Below are positions 12,621-26,210 of a stretch of 52,172 nt of DNA, piece after piece; positions within the stretch are counted from its first letter, which is position 1, and each line of letters opens with the position of its first letter. The position numbers were made by a program, and so were the translations under genes. The DNA is from Octopus bimaculoides (taxonomy: Eukaryota). Location: contig NC_068985.1 in assembly GCF_001194135.2 (NCBI RefSeq), positions 88,523,635 to 88,575,806 of the forward strand. Direction: 5' to 3'. The notes beneath the pieces are model-generated. The model ran no database searches. It was not told the DNA's origin and was given only the letters and a program-made list of their open reading frames with translations.

Positions 12621-14073
12621 GTGCGTATATGAGAGAGAGTGTGTATGTAAATGGTGGTGGTTATATGTATGTATACATCATTATGTGATTCTTTTGTAAG
12701 AATAAGTGCACAAGTATGTGTGTTAGGAACTGGTCGTCTCTATGTGTGTATCATAAGTTTTCTATTCTAGTTTACACCAGTTTAGCGCAGGTATGTGAGG
12801 GAAATGTTATATAATGTTGTACGTTGTTACAAAATAAAACCAAATTTATTCATAACCTATTAATAATTTGTGACGAACCTTACTCTCTAATAATTTACTA
12901 AGACATATAGAGGAGTTACAGAACAGTAATAGTAAACATTTTAAATGCTACTGCCAGTGAAATTATCGAAAAATTTGTTACCGATCTTCACGTTTAATGT
13001 CGTATGTGTGTGTACGCACGAGTTTTTATGTGCGTGTGGGTGTATGTGCATCTGTGTGTGTGTGTATGTGTGTGTGTGTGTGTGTGTACAGAAAGAGAGA
13101 AAAAGAAGAAATTGACTTCGGTATTCATGCGCAGATACACGTAGATGAATATATGTTGTATCTGTGTGTGCGGAAAATATAATTCATGTTATATCTTTAA
13201 AATTACTAAGTATATCGAAAATTTTGCCAACGAGTCTTGTACAATTTCACATTTCCTCATTAGAATAACAATTGTAAAACAGTGAAGTACAATTGTATTG
13301 TGGACTATGGACAGTTGAAAAACTTGTGAAAAGTGAAGAAAAAATTAACGAATAAAAACAGAATATAATGATAGAGAAACATTCATTTCTTTCTCTGAAT
13401 AATACGTCAAAGATATTGAAAATTACCACTTATAAAAAGGCAGTGCTAAAAGAAAACGAACGTAAATGATACTATCCCGAATATATACGTATGCAGACCA
13501 ACAATTTAAATAAGAGTGGGACTTCTTGTATTAGTACAGAAGTTGTGATAACACAACACCATAGCAGCCTTTACGTAATGGTTTCTCAAATTATACATGT
13601 ATCTGTGTGTATTTAGGGATACCTATATGTATAATTCTAATACACCTGTTCTTGATTGGACGTGATTCTACTATTCAATTACTTTGAAATGCATACTATA
13701 TTGTTTTACTATATTTCCTAATAAATAGTTTCATAGTTATGCATATTAGATATTTACAATGTACACAACGATGAAATTTAAGTTTATCAAATATCTTTGA
13801 AAACTGGATGGTATTCCCTGACTTCCGAACTACTTTTGTGTAACTTTCAAGTAGTTGACTCGTTTAATTAGTTCTACCACATATATAGGTGCATTCCTAT
13901 TTGATTTTACAATTATCATTTCGGTTATTGTAATAGCATAATATTTAGGAAATAATAAACAACGCAATATCATGGTGTTATATGAGCGCTTCATTTAACT
14001 CTATGCGGGTTTTAGCATTTAGATTCTGTGGATTTAAAATTATTTGTGTATTATCCTGTTTCTATTAGATTTA

Positions 14074-14934
14074 CGTGGTTCATTAATAATATCAGGACTG
14101 CTGCTATAGTAACGAAGCTAGAACATGGATAGTAAAACCGCTTGGCACAGATTGACGTGAATCACTGCTGTGCGTGCACAAACAGTTTTAACGTTGTAAC
14201 TCACTTTAGTTGTTTACAGCAGTCCTTGGAATGGACGTGTGTATCGTGTGATCATCGCCTTAACCATGACCGAGAAAGTTGAGGAGAGAATCTGCATCAA
14301 AGTTTGCGAAAATCTTACCAACGCAATTTTCAAAATGTTTTCATCGTTCTCAACGCACGAAGGAGACCTTTTACAACTGAAACCCGACTATCTTTTGGGG
14401 ACAGATGAAAGCGGTCTTGGCACAAACTTGGCAGACACGCGTCTCATACCCAAATCTTCAGTGATAATGGACTGAACAGTAATTAATCTGCACATCGTCA
14501 AATAACTCACGAATGGTGAGTCGACGATTTTCTCTCACAGTTGTACGCACAACTGCGTTGTTTTTCACAGTTCTTCTGGTTGCGTGTCTCAGAACGTTCG
14601 TCAAAATCGACATTTTTTTTTGCCATCCTGGAAACGTCTGAACAACTCTTACACGTGTGTGCAGCTGATACACGCCTCTCCGTGCACTTTCTGCAACTTT
14701 GCGTATCCCTCTTGGCAGGTTTCGCCATGACAACATAGTCTGTCATGGTCAATGCGACGATCACACGCTACACACCTCCCTCCTAACCACTGATGTAAAC
14801 AGTGGAAGTGAGCCAGATCGTTAAAACTTAATGCTCATGCACAATAGTGTTCCAAGTCAATCTTTACCAAGTGGCTTTACTCCGTGTGATTTAGCGTCGT
14901 TACTCTGGCAACAACCACTTTTGGTCAAACCTCG
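14074..14934. mobile_element. Mariner-derived structure with two inward-facing 5' ends
   Basis: Left arm (+) 14074-14311 ends in MTEKVEERICIKVCEN. Minus strand from ~14934 to 14312 gives the same leader, then AKLQKVHGE..FRRFQDGKKNVDFDERS..VRENRRLTIRELFDDVQI..SVQSIITEDLGMRRVSAKFVP (mariner HTH region). The arms align over ~190 bp. Confidence 0.88.
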
Positions 14935-15304
14935 CATATCCTTAAATCTGTTAGGATTGGGCCTCTCTTTCATCAAATTGATTCCAAACAAAAACATCCT
15001 ATCAGTGCTTTTCTCATTTAATTGTGTAAAGTATAATAGGCATCAGTATTAGTTGCTATTTAAACAGTTCGATGAACTTGAACTTCGTTTGATCTTCTCT
15101 ATCTTGCTTTGTATAATTTAGTGTTAATCGTGTGAATATACAGAACAATACGTTACAATATGGAAATGGCTTTTACGATTCACATATCCTTAAATAATCA
15201 GTAATTACTCGATTTTGTGAATCGAAATCTTGCTTCTATAAAGTATATTCAGTGTTTCCACCCCTTAATTTCTTACACTTTCTTCTTTCACCTTTCTCTC
15301 CAAG

Positions 15305-15397
15305 TTTGCCAACATAGAAACCAAACCAATACCGGAATTCTTCAAAGAGAAAATGATTCCTCCAAATGAATTAGATCCCATGCACCAATCTGAATAA
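15305..15397 (+). CDS. Candidate terminal exon (FANIETKPIPEFFKEKMIPPNELDPMHQSE*)
   Basis: Long pyrimidine tract ttcttacactttcttctttcacctttctctccaAG followed by 30 open codons and TAA. No homology recognised; overlaps an antisense 127-aa ORF. Confidence 0.28.
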   Translation, partial: FANIETKPIPEFFKEKMIPPNELDPMHQSE

Positions 15398-17328
15398 TTA
15401 AAATAGTTATGCAGCACTCTACCGAAAATATTATCAAATATTTTCATCCCAATTTTACATCGAGGGAATGTCATAGATATTTTGGGAGATTTCCGTATAT
15501 TAAAATTTCTCGAGTAATTCCTGGATAAAGTAGTTGGTGATATTTTCTTTCTACTTTTTACGCCAAGGACAATTTTGAATCTTGAGTCTATAAACAAATT
15601 CCCGGTAGTCAAGCATACTTCTCTCACTCTAATTGCCAGATCTTCCACTACGCCAAATTAATATGGTTGACGGCGTACCGATGTCTTCCAGTGGATGTAT
15701 GGTCTCGTGTGTTAATTAGTAACATTATTTAGATGCAAATAAGCATTCATATGTTGCGACTGCTACTTATATTCTACATAAAGTTTAATATATTGGTGCT
15801 TATTTGTTTCAAACCAGAAAGAATTCCAGGTAAAGAATTATATCTTCTCTGAAAAATATCATAAAAATCAGATACTTGGAGGCAATTAAATCGGCAAGGA
15901 AGAAACCAATAGTTTAGATAACTAAACTAAACGGTTACCCTAAAACTCATGTAAGTGATATTTAATTATCAAAAGTGCCCCAAGATTTTTTTTGAAATAG
16001 AATATATTTGTGGTTTGTTTATACCATTTCCCTAACGCGATACATAATACAGTTACAAGAAAATTAAAACTAATTAGATATTTCTATTTTCACACAACTA
16101 GATTTTATTAATAGAGATTTTCAGTAGTATTATTCCAATGTAACTAAACATTATGAAGAAAAGAAATATTTTGCTCTAATTACAGTTTTAAATCATTTTC
16201 GTATTTTTTCGGTTATTGAAATATAATTTTATTTTCAAAGATGAAATAGAACAAAAATGAATTTCGACCAGTGTGATCCTCTAAAATATATACGGTTTTC
16301 AAGAACTGAACGCTATGTATAAAATATGTATTTCTTTTCTTTTGTCTTGTAATTCTAACTGTTAACAAAACTTTCATTTTCGAGATGCGAAGAAGAGATG
16401 AACATTTCTGTCAACACAACAATTTTTTATCGATCCTTTAGATTTGTAAGAAATAATACAAGAAAAAAACACAAGACATTTCTTCTCGTGAATGGAGAAA
16501 TACATTCTGTAATATATATTGGTCTAATTTTACAGATTTTGTAAAACTGATGATATAACGTCTTATAAATTGCACGTATAAGTATTATAGTCACCTTATT
16601 AAAACTATCAATGTCTACTGGGTTGTTATCACGAAGAGCAATCATAAAATGTCTTTCATTTCTTAGTTTCGTGTCAAGACCGTATAGTGTATGTGGTGGC
16701 TGTTTGTGCTTTGGTGGAAAGAAAAAAAAAGGAACACATTCAGTTACCAGAAACGACTTACAACTTATACAACCAAATCAATATAAAATAACAAAATACA
16801 ACTATCTGAGTGTTGCCACCATTACATACCGTAATATTATGCAACTTTAGGAACCTATATATGTACGGGTAAAATGTCCTCATATTAATTATATTTGAAT
16901 GACTATTGTGTATAACTGATGTCAAATTTATTATCCGGAAGATTTGTATAAACATGGTCATTCGTAGATATTTCTTGCTTTTTCTGTTTCTAATAGGTCT
17001 CCAACTCCATCACACCTCTCTCCTGTTCCCCATTTATATTTAGTTCCTTTCGTAACCTGGACATTTGATGGGTTTGTTTTTGTTTTGTAAGCAATGTGTT
17101 TCGGAGAGATAAACACTTCAAAGAAACACAATTTCTAAACGGTGTAAAAAAAAAAACGAAAAACTTCATTTGAAAAAGAAAGGCATGAAATAATTGAATT
17201 ATTACTGGTAAACATTAATGTCTCGTTCAATTATTTATTTTTATGCCATGACATTCCTAGCTTTTATCATGTTCTTCCTATAGCACAGTTTCAGTCATTA
17301 ATCTGAGTATCTTTGGTCCAGGACTAAC

Positions 17329-17382
17329 CACCAGACAGATACATTTCTGCCGGGCTTCATCAATTGTTACGCATAATTTAAA
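17329..17382 (-). CDS. Candidate internal exon (FKLCVTIDEARQKCICLV)
   Basis: Acceptor ttactcttcccttttatctacatAG, donor GTG|GTTAGT, 54 nt, phase 0-0. Confidence 0.28.
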
Positions 17383-18589
17383 CTATGTAGATAAAAGGGA
17401 AGAGTAACTACAGTATAATTATGTAACTATATCTTGTCTTCTGAAGCATGCAAATTCTCATATCATTCGATCTACTGCATCTTCATTCATTAAAGGCTAC
17501 ATAATCATACCTATATGAAAGACATATACCATTGCAATCTACACTATACGACCTTATACGTGCTGTAGTTTGTATAATTAAGTCAAGTATTAAGGTAAAA
17601 TGCGATATGAGTATGTGATACAAACTTTTATGAAAAATACAGTGGTGTAGCAGAAAGGGAGATAAAGAAAGGTAGAGGATTCACAAAGTTTACGCTCAGG
17701 CATTTAAATACTTTATTACATGCTTACATTTTCTGTGTACATATTCTACAATGGCAGCAGTAATTTTCAGGATTTTAACGTCGTACCATCACCAAATTCC
17801 ATTGACGGGAGCAGGCAATTCTGTAATAAACAATTTGTATAATATAAAGTTAAAGTAACTGACTACTATATTACTTTTATACACTAAAGCTAGGGAAATG
17901 CCAGAACTGATCAATTGCAATTATTGACCCGTATTTATTGTATATATTTATTGCAACGGTGAAACTATCCGTTGAGCTCACGTAAATTTAATTATTACAC
18001 AAGGAAACAATTAATTACAAAGCAGGAATTCAATCGACGGTTGAATCAAGTTACATATTCCGCTATAGTTTAATTCGTATTTCTACACAAGTGTTTCTAG
18101 GTAGTATTAATGAGTTGTGAATACGATACAAGGAAAATTACAATCTTTTAAGTTCTTCCACATTCACAGGTCATTAGATTCTGAATATAGTGTTTGTGCT
18201 TTTTCCACGATATAGTTTCTCAGGCGGGTCTGACAGAAGTGAGTTTTCTCATGAGGCCAAGTGACCTTCTTTATAGAGCACTCAGAAAATAATTTGGAAT
18301 GTATTGGGGAAATAGAGATTAGGTAAGTGTCACGAAATGCTGCGAACATGTTTTAGTAAAAGGAAGACAGGAAACCAAAATTGTGATGAGAAATTTATTT
18401 TTTCTCTGGTCACCAAATCAGAAAAATTTGTTAAATAAATTTAGATTAGAGCAACACAGAATGGGCTTCCATTACAATAAAATTTTAAATTTCAGAGCTC
18501 TGCATATATGCCTTCTGGAGAATATTTTAGACAGTAGTTTACAATCGCGCTTATACGAGACCGCTTTAGCTAATAGGTAGTGTAGTGCT

Positions 18590-18742
18590 ACGTTCTGAGT
18601 TCAATTTCAACTGAGGTTGATTTTCCTTTCATCATTTCGGGGTTGTTAAATTAAGTATCATATGAGTACTGGGGTCGATGTGATCCACTGTCCTATTCCC
18701 CACAAAACATCAGGCGTTGTGCTTATAGTAGAAAGAATTATT
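18590..18742 (+). mobile_element. Headless tRNA-derived SINE (type A)
   Basis: Begins at GCTACGTTCTGAGTTCAATT; body and tail match the adjacent full copy. Confidence 0.85.
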
Positions 18743-18744
18743 TC

Positions 18745-18950
18745 AGGTGGCAAGCTAGCAGAAACGTTAGCACGCTGGGCGAAATTCTTCGTCTGTCTTT
18801 GTGTTCTGAGCTCAAATTCTGCCGAGGTCTACTTTGCCTTCCACACTTTCGGACTCGATAAATTAAGCACCAGTTGCATACTGAGGTCGATCTAATAGAC
18901 TGACCCTCTCCCCACCAAAATTTCTGGCCTTGTGCCTCGAGTAGAAAAAA
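18745..18950 (+). mobile_element. Near full-length tRNA-derived SINE (type A)
   Basis: AGGTGGCAAGCTAGCAGAAACGTTAGC (A-box region), GAGCTCAAATTC (B-box-like), tail GGCCTTGTGCCTCGAGTAGAAAA. Confidence 0.9.
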
Positions 18951-20616
18951 TATATTCAGTACAGTAGGATATGCAAATCCGAAAATGCGTTAGAAAACAT
19001 TACTCACAAAATATTTCACTCATGTATTCCGAGAAGTTTGAAATCAATTTACATTTTATTGTTCGATTCCTAGATAATATCTACTCACTGAGTAAAGAAT
19101 TGTGATAATTATTTATCAAAACTAAACCCTTAAATGCAATACCACCATATTAATAATGATATAGATGAGTGCACATCATATCATTTCATGCTACATGATC
19201 GTCTTCTACAGAGTTCGTTCTATATAACTCTAAAAAGAGTTTCTGTCTCAACACAAGGCCGAATTAGATATATTTTCTTTCCCCACCAAAATAATTCAAA
19301 TCTTTCAAATTTAAATGCCTTGAAAGAGTTTTAGTTATAACACCTATCTTAAATTATATGCTACGTTGAAGCTAAGGTTTTTTTTTTTTTCCTGATTTTA
19401 TATAAACAATCTTTGGTCAACTTGATCAAAACAACTACATGCTATGGCCCAAACTAACATCAGCTTTATGTTATTTCGTCGTTGACTGTAATTACTACAA
19501 TGCTGGGAAAGTTCGCTTCTGAAACGCCTTTTTTTTATAGTCTTTTGTTTCACAATATTCAGTAGTTAAGACTAGTTGATAAATTATGTTCTCCTTCATT
19601 AATCTGTGTCTTTCAACAGTTACTCACTGGCGATTTCTTTTCCTATGTTTTAATGATCTCCATTAATGATCTAGAAAACGTTTTGGGAAACGAAGTATAT
19701 TGGAACACAGGAATAAATATCAAACATTATTTACGCCAATTACTCCTATAGTCAGCAACAATTTTGCTTTTAATTCTAAGAGAAGACTCACAAATAACTA
19801 CCAGGTGAATACTGTTAATCTACTGCGTGGAATTAATCATAAATCTAGCTACGATTTAACCGTGAAATATGAAATAGTTAAGGCTCGTTTTTCCTAATTA
19901 GCTTTAGTGAGGAATTACAAAACTAATAGTTAAAAGTAATAAATGTAATTCACTTTTCTTCAAAAATATACACCATGGTCAGAATAGACGATTTCGCAGT
20001 CCTTTAATGCTGTTAATGTATGATGCCTGCTATATTTAGCACATAAAGTGAAATTGCAGCTATTAATTCTGACGTGTAGGGTCGTATGTGAGAATTATTT
20101 AACTCTAATATTCTTACTTAGTTTATCGGAACAGAAAATGTTGAGATTCCATATTATTTCTGCAATGACTTGTCTCAGAACTTTAAAGATATAATGTCTC
20201 ATAAAGTTCTCTTGAGCATGATAATGAGTTCTTTGATAATGATTCAGCTGAAAGGATTAACTAAACAATTAAGTACTAATTATGGATATGGTTTCAAACA
20301 CCATTTGCCGCTCGTGTTAATTATCTACAGATTAAGAACTGGTCAATTTAAGGAAATTCCTAATAGCTGGATTGGGAAAATTATTGATTTATTGATAAAT
20401 TACCCTGGAATATTGTGAAAGTAGCCTTTAATACAACTACATAAGAGATTGATGAGAATACACATATGGTGTATATTATTATAAGACAGGTCAAGTGAAA
20501 TCTAGGCAGCGATATATTAGGTGCAAAACCACAGAATCCATTTACTAGCTTTGGGCCAATCCAAGTCGACAAAATAATCAATAAAAGGTGCAGGCTTAGT
20601 TCTGCCTCTATTTGAT

Positions 20617-20617
20617 G

Positions 20618-20658
<41 letters not shown>

Positions 20659-20695
20659 GCAGAACGACAGGCAGACAGACATGCATTTAGATAGG

Positions 20696-20768
<73 letters not shown>
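20617..20768 (+). repeat. (GATA)n repeat
   Basis: Direct reading. Confidence 0.97.
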
Positions 20769-20984
20769 TCCTTAATTCACACACTGGTGAACACTAAGTA
20801 GGGAAAACTTTCTCAACAAGGATATATAAGTAATATAGAGCCATTATGGAATAGAACATATATGTATTTGGGAGATTAATACGCTAAGGCTTGTTTGCTT
20901 GTTGACTGATTGTGGTTGGTTGAAACTTCTTGGCATTGAACTGCATGTAATATTCATCATCTCATTTTAATAATACTGTATTTA

Positions 20985-21430
20985 AGTCGTTTTGCGATCT
21001 TAATATGATATACTCGTCTTCACCGACTGTGATACGTTTGTATCATTAGCGTAGCTGGTGAGTGTGGTTGATTTTCTGTCTGACAGATCCCCTAAAATCA
21101 ATAGTTGGCCCAGTACTGTTCCTTGAGGAACTTTGCTTCCGATGGATGTTTCCTCAGAAGGAGAGCACCATTGTCTGCATCTGTCTCGCTTGTGTCTTAT
21201 AGAAAAATGACACCGGTACTCGCCCTGTTTTCCAGTGATATTAAGGTCGCGCAGTTTCTTGCATATCAACCTATGATCAGCTTTGCCAAAGGTTTTAGCA
21301 AATATATCATATAGCATATTCACATTTGGGTGGTTGAGCTGCTGTTTCAATAACATGCAACAAAGTTGCAGTGGCTATGTGACAATGTCTTCCATGACCT
21401 TGCTAAAAGGTAACTTGTAGCATCAGGTAA
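20985..21430 (-). mobile_element. CR1/L2-group LINE RT fragment
   Basis: DIFAKTFGKADHRLICKKLRDLNITGK (DF.KAFD.V.H-like), SKVPQGTVLGQLL (GVPQG), TSYANDT (YADD-like). Confidence 0.85.
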
Positions 21431-22249
21431 CTTTTATGGACATGGCAAATACATAAAGTTAATATGTATCTAACACTTAAAATGGATGTTATGTTGAAAC
21501 AGAGAATACCGCATTATTTACCATGAGATGACCTCCGTTATGGACTCGTGATGCATAGATTGCACGCGCTTTTACATCGCTCCGAGTGATAAACGTTCAG
21601 CACAGCCGTCAGAATTACCAGATCACGTGAGTTCACCCATGCTTGGACTTGTGGATGAGAGAAGTTCAGCTAGAGAGAGCATTCGATTCTCCGTCAGCGA
21701 TATATAGAATCACAGTGTGTATCGAGGCAGCGCTATAGAACATTGGCTTATTAAAAAGTAATTAATAGCGCCTAAATATATAAAATGCTACAGAAACAAG
21801 CTTTCGTCTCGGCAGAAATGCCTTTCACCATTGGTATACTCGATCAAAACTTATCTCCGGTTAAACACACGAAAGGGAATTTCTAGAAGAAATGATTTAC
21901 TTTCGCATCGAACGATATTATAGCCTATATAAACCAAATAGTGAGGGCATCACAAAAATGTAGAAACATATTAAATGGCGAAGAAAATCTTAGAAAACGG
22001 AATATGCATGAAACATTTATTCGTTAGACATTAATTATTCGTTGTTTTGGTTCATTTAATTGCCAACAGATCAGCCTCTCGTCTAGGCGTCGTGTTAATG
22101 AGTTCTGAATTATTTTGCTTCAGGCAATTTTGAACATGTTCATATAAATTACTTAACACGACAAAGAGGAAGTATTTTTCTTTTGTTTTGCATAATGTAT
22201 TAGCAAATATGAACCTCACGTAATCCACGTTACTTATGTGATTTACTAC

Positions 22250-22537
<288 letters not shown>

Positions 22538-22539
22538 GT

Positions 22540-22660
22540 GCCTTCAATATCAATTAGAAAGGTTCCTTGCAAAAATTCGGGACAATAGAGGAAAATAAAA
22601 CTTGGGGTTACAGCAAAGGCGTGTAAAAAGCAAAAGAATAACAGTGACAAAATAGAATTA
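22540..22660 (+). mobile_element. Possible CR1-like LINE 3' end remnant
   Basis: QYQLERFLAKIRD resembles the 'K..LD.FL..IPD' C-terminus of CR1/L2 ORF2; short and diverged. Confidence 0.35.
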
Positions 22661-22779
22661 TACGACTATATTATAATTCCCAAAAACGAAGAGTTTTATT
22701 TGGGCTGCCCGTGCATCAAGAGGTAAAAAGATTTTAAAAAATCACAGTGAACTTGGCCACTTGGGCTAGTGCCTTTCCC

Positions 22780-23210
22780 ATGTTCTTTTTCAACCTACAA
22801 GTGCATGCTTAAGGTACGTCCTTTCATTCGGACCATTCATGCAACATTGCCCCATCTTAAACAAAATTGCTGAGAGGCAGCACTTCCCTTTCAACCTCCA
22901 GTTTCCTTTGGAGATATGGATGCCAATACGCTCGAAGTAGGAAGTATCATCCTTCTGATCTTTCAAAATTTTCCACCAGTCGACCTCTTTCGCAAAGGCC
23001 ACCAAGCAGACAAAATGTGCCTGCCCTTCACAGCAAAAGAATGACGATCTTCAAAACGGACTCAGACAGTAGCCGATCTGTCCTAAAAGAGACAATTGGT
23101 GTTCGACATTAACTGACAAGTCAGCCAGGCTCGGGCATTAAACGAGACCGTACAGAACAGTTTTGTTGCTCTCATGTAACTAAACCTCCATTCCTTGCTG
23201 TTAGCCAGAA
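22780..23210 (-). mobile_element. Possible L1/Tx1-like LINE 3' fragment
   Basis: GC-richer island; minus-strand FVCLVAFAKEVDWWKILK resembles the C-terminal region of Tx1/L1-type ORF2. Assignment is from recall. Confidence 0.45.
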
Positions 23211-24968
23211 ATGTTGCGTAAATAAACATCAACTCTGCATGTGTTTTTGTAACAACCGAAATGATAATCCCTTAGTAAACGAGAAGAATTATAAGTGCTT
23301 TCTTCTGAAGGTCAACATGAATTAGATCAGCTCGGCTATAGTTGACAAACATGTTTAGCCTCCAAATAAAATGGATTACTGTTTCTTTTGAGAAGAGTTT
23401 GCCCGTGGAACTCTCTCAAAATCAAATCTTTGCAAGAGATACTCCCATAAAATATCTTGAACTATAAACATTCATCCAGGCAGCATTTTAGCTTTTATAT
23501 TTAATTTTATATTCAGTAAAAATGACACATCTCCCATCAAATATTTACCGAATGGAAACTGCAGATAAAGGAAACGCATGAAACTCTCCCATTATTTCCA
23601 TGAGTGATCAATCACATTGTTTTGTATTCCCTTTCATAGTTTTCGATTATTCAAATGCATTTCGGATTCAGACGTAGCTGCCTGACAGTGTCACATTACA
23701 TTTAACTTTAAGGATCACATTGACCAGTGAAATGCCAGCTATCTTGGTGGCATATATTCTAGCGCAGATTTAGTTTAAATTTCTTGAGTAGATACTTACA
23801 GTTGAAAAAGGGAACCATTTAAAATATTTTAAACATGATGTAGAAAAGTGTTTTCCAAAATTTGAAAAAGAAATTATGCAAGAAATTTATATGTTGCCTG
23901 GTTGTAACAACAAACGAAAAATTGGAAATATAGTCTGTTTGTTATAATTCACTCACAACACAGTGGTATTCTACAAATATGATTTAGCTTCTATATAGTA
24001 ACTAACTCACACTTAGAAATCATTTCAAGCTTTCCAAGTAAATTCCATACATGAATGAAGCTTCCGGTGACTCCTCTCTCTACATTCCACTAAGATAATG
24101 TTTGTGTATGTCATCTTATATATTGATCACGTTTTTCTATTGTATTTCGTATATTAATCATATTTTAATAATATCATCTCTGCACGTAGTCTGTTAGCCC
24201 CAGGTTTTAGAAAAACAGCAATAACAAATTGATTTACGTAGTCTGTGCATATAACATGCAACAAATTCTGTAAACATTTATTATAATGATAAGTATCTGA
24301 GGAGTCCAGCCAGTATTATTTCCTTTGGTAACTATACTTGTAATATAATTGTATTTATCATACTGCAGAATTACATTGTTACAAGTTCCATGGATTTCAA
24401 CATTAACATAAAATTTCGTATGGACATTGTATTTGCTTTGCAGAAGAACATCTCTTGAATATGTTTCTCTGTAAACAATAAAGTCTGAAAGATCTTCGGT
24501 TCTTGTTGCCTTTACACATAATTGCTTCTCTCATGTCCGTCATATCAAGTGCAAGTTTATAGATTTAAACCGGCGACGCCATTGTGAAGTTGTACAATGT
24601 TTCCAGAAATATATTGAGAGACGCACGAGATACTTTATATACATATTATCTAAACTATTTCAAAACAAACGCTTTAAGGAACTTCATATATATATTATTG
24701 CAACGAACTATTGACTGCTTCAAATTGCCCCGATTTGGTATAAGTTAATGATTGTGGTGGTAGCATATTGCCTACTAGATATGAAATAGATTTCCTTATT
24801 TGAGAAACTAATTTAGTATCACACGCAATATTGCTTCGGAATCAAGCAGTACTTGAGAATATTTCAATAAGTAGTTGTGGAAGTACATTATGAAACCATT
24901 AAAAAAAATGTCATTGCCGCCAAGACTGCAGCTTTCAGAAGAGATTTCTGAGAGAACGGAGAGCAATG

Positions 24969-25314
24969 GCACGCACGCACGCACGCACGCACGCACGCCC
25001 ACACACAAGCTCACAAATATTCAAACACAAACGCACACGCAGGTAACATATTTTCGGCTAAAATACAAACTCATCTATCTAATTATTTATCAATCTCCGT
25101 ATCTTTCCACACACACACAGACACGCACACACACACAAACGCACACACGCACACACATACACACACACACACACACACAAACACATATATATTCTGACTA
25201 CACAAGTCGGCGAATATAAATATGTGTGTATGTGTGTGTGTGTGTGTATGCATGCACGTATGTATACATATATCCATATACGTATGTGAATACGCATATT
25301 GGTATAATATATAG

Positions 25315-25376
<62 letters not shown>
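24969..25376 (+). repeat. (GCAC)n, (CA)n and (TG)n cluster
   Basis: Direct reading. Confidence 0.93.
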
Positions 25377-25377
<1 letters not shown>

Positions 25378-26077
25378 TGCAAAATAATGTTCATAAATGT
25401 GGAGCTCAAAGCTTATAAAGCTATATAATATAACTCAAGGCTAATTAGGTCGAAAATTATTGACAGATGCATACACAACACATCCCAACATACTCTAAAA
25501 ATTTAACAGCCTTAGCGTTTATACCGAAGCAGCACTTCGAAATTTCTTAATCTTTCACTACCTTAATTTTTTACAACCTTACAACCTGCAAAAATTGTTC
25601 GATATTTACATGGAAACATGGAAAAAATTTGGATATATTAAGTGGTAAGAGATATATTCTTATTTACATTGTAACTCGAAGGAGATAAAGCTATAAATAT
25701 TACTGTTCGAAATGTGATATCTGTGATATTAACGTAGGATATAAGTTCCAATCACGAAAAGATTTGTGTTGTTTTCATCAAAATGTTTTTACTCCAATAT
25801 CATACCTACTTGTATTAAAACAATTTCGCGCTTCTTATTCAACATTTAACATTTAAAAGCTACTTATTTCTTATTTCTGAGTTTCTAAACTCTTAGAAGT
25901 TAAACACACATACATGCATATTTATAAGTAAACCACTCACACGTATATATACAATATTATATGCATGGATATTCATAAATATGTGTATACGCAAATACAT
26001 GCATACACGAATACATACATATACGAATACATACACGAATACATCCAATGCTATTCTATTTCGCTCGAATGAGAAGG

Positions 26078-26210
26078 CTAAAGGTTAGCTTCAAATTCTT
26101 GTCCGTCCAAATACATATTTGCTGCAACAATAGCTCCAAGATGTATTGAAGGCGCATGATAGGAAATTCTTGAATCATGTACATCATTAACATTATAGAA
26201 GAACATACTT
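26078..26210 (-). CDS. Candidate terminal exon (SMFFYNVNDVHDSRISYHAPSIHLGAIVAANMYLDGQEFEANL*)
   Basis: Acceptor tgtttatcttgctgtAG, then 1 nt + 43 codons + TAG with protein-like composition. A second frame is also open, so the frame is uncertain. Confidence 0.33.

Noticed and set aside
17723-17820. Minus segment with strong splice sites and a single in-frame TGA (ELPAPVNGIW*WYDVKILK...), considered as a selenocysteine exon
   Set aside because: All three frames contain a stop, there is no selenoprotein motif, and no SECIS could be identified; chance is more likely.
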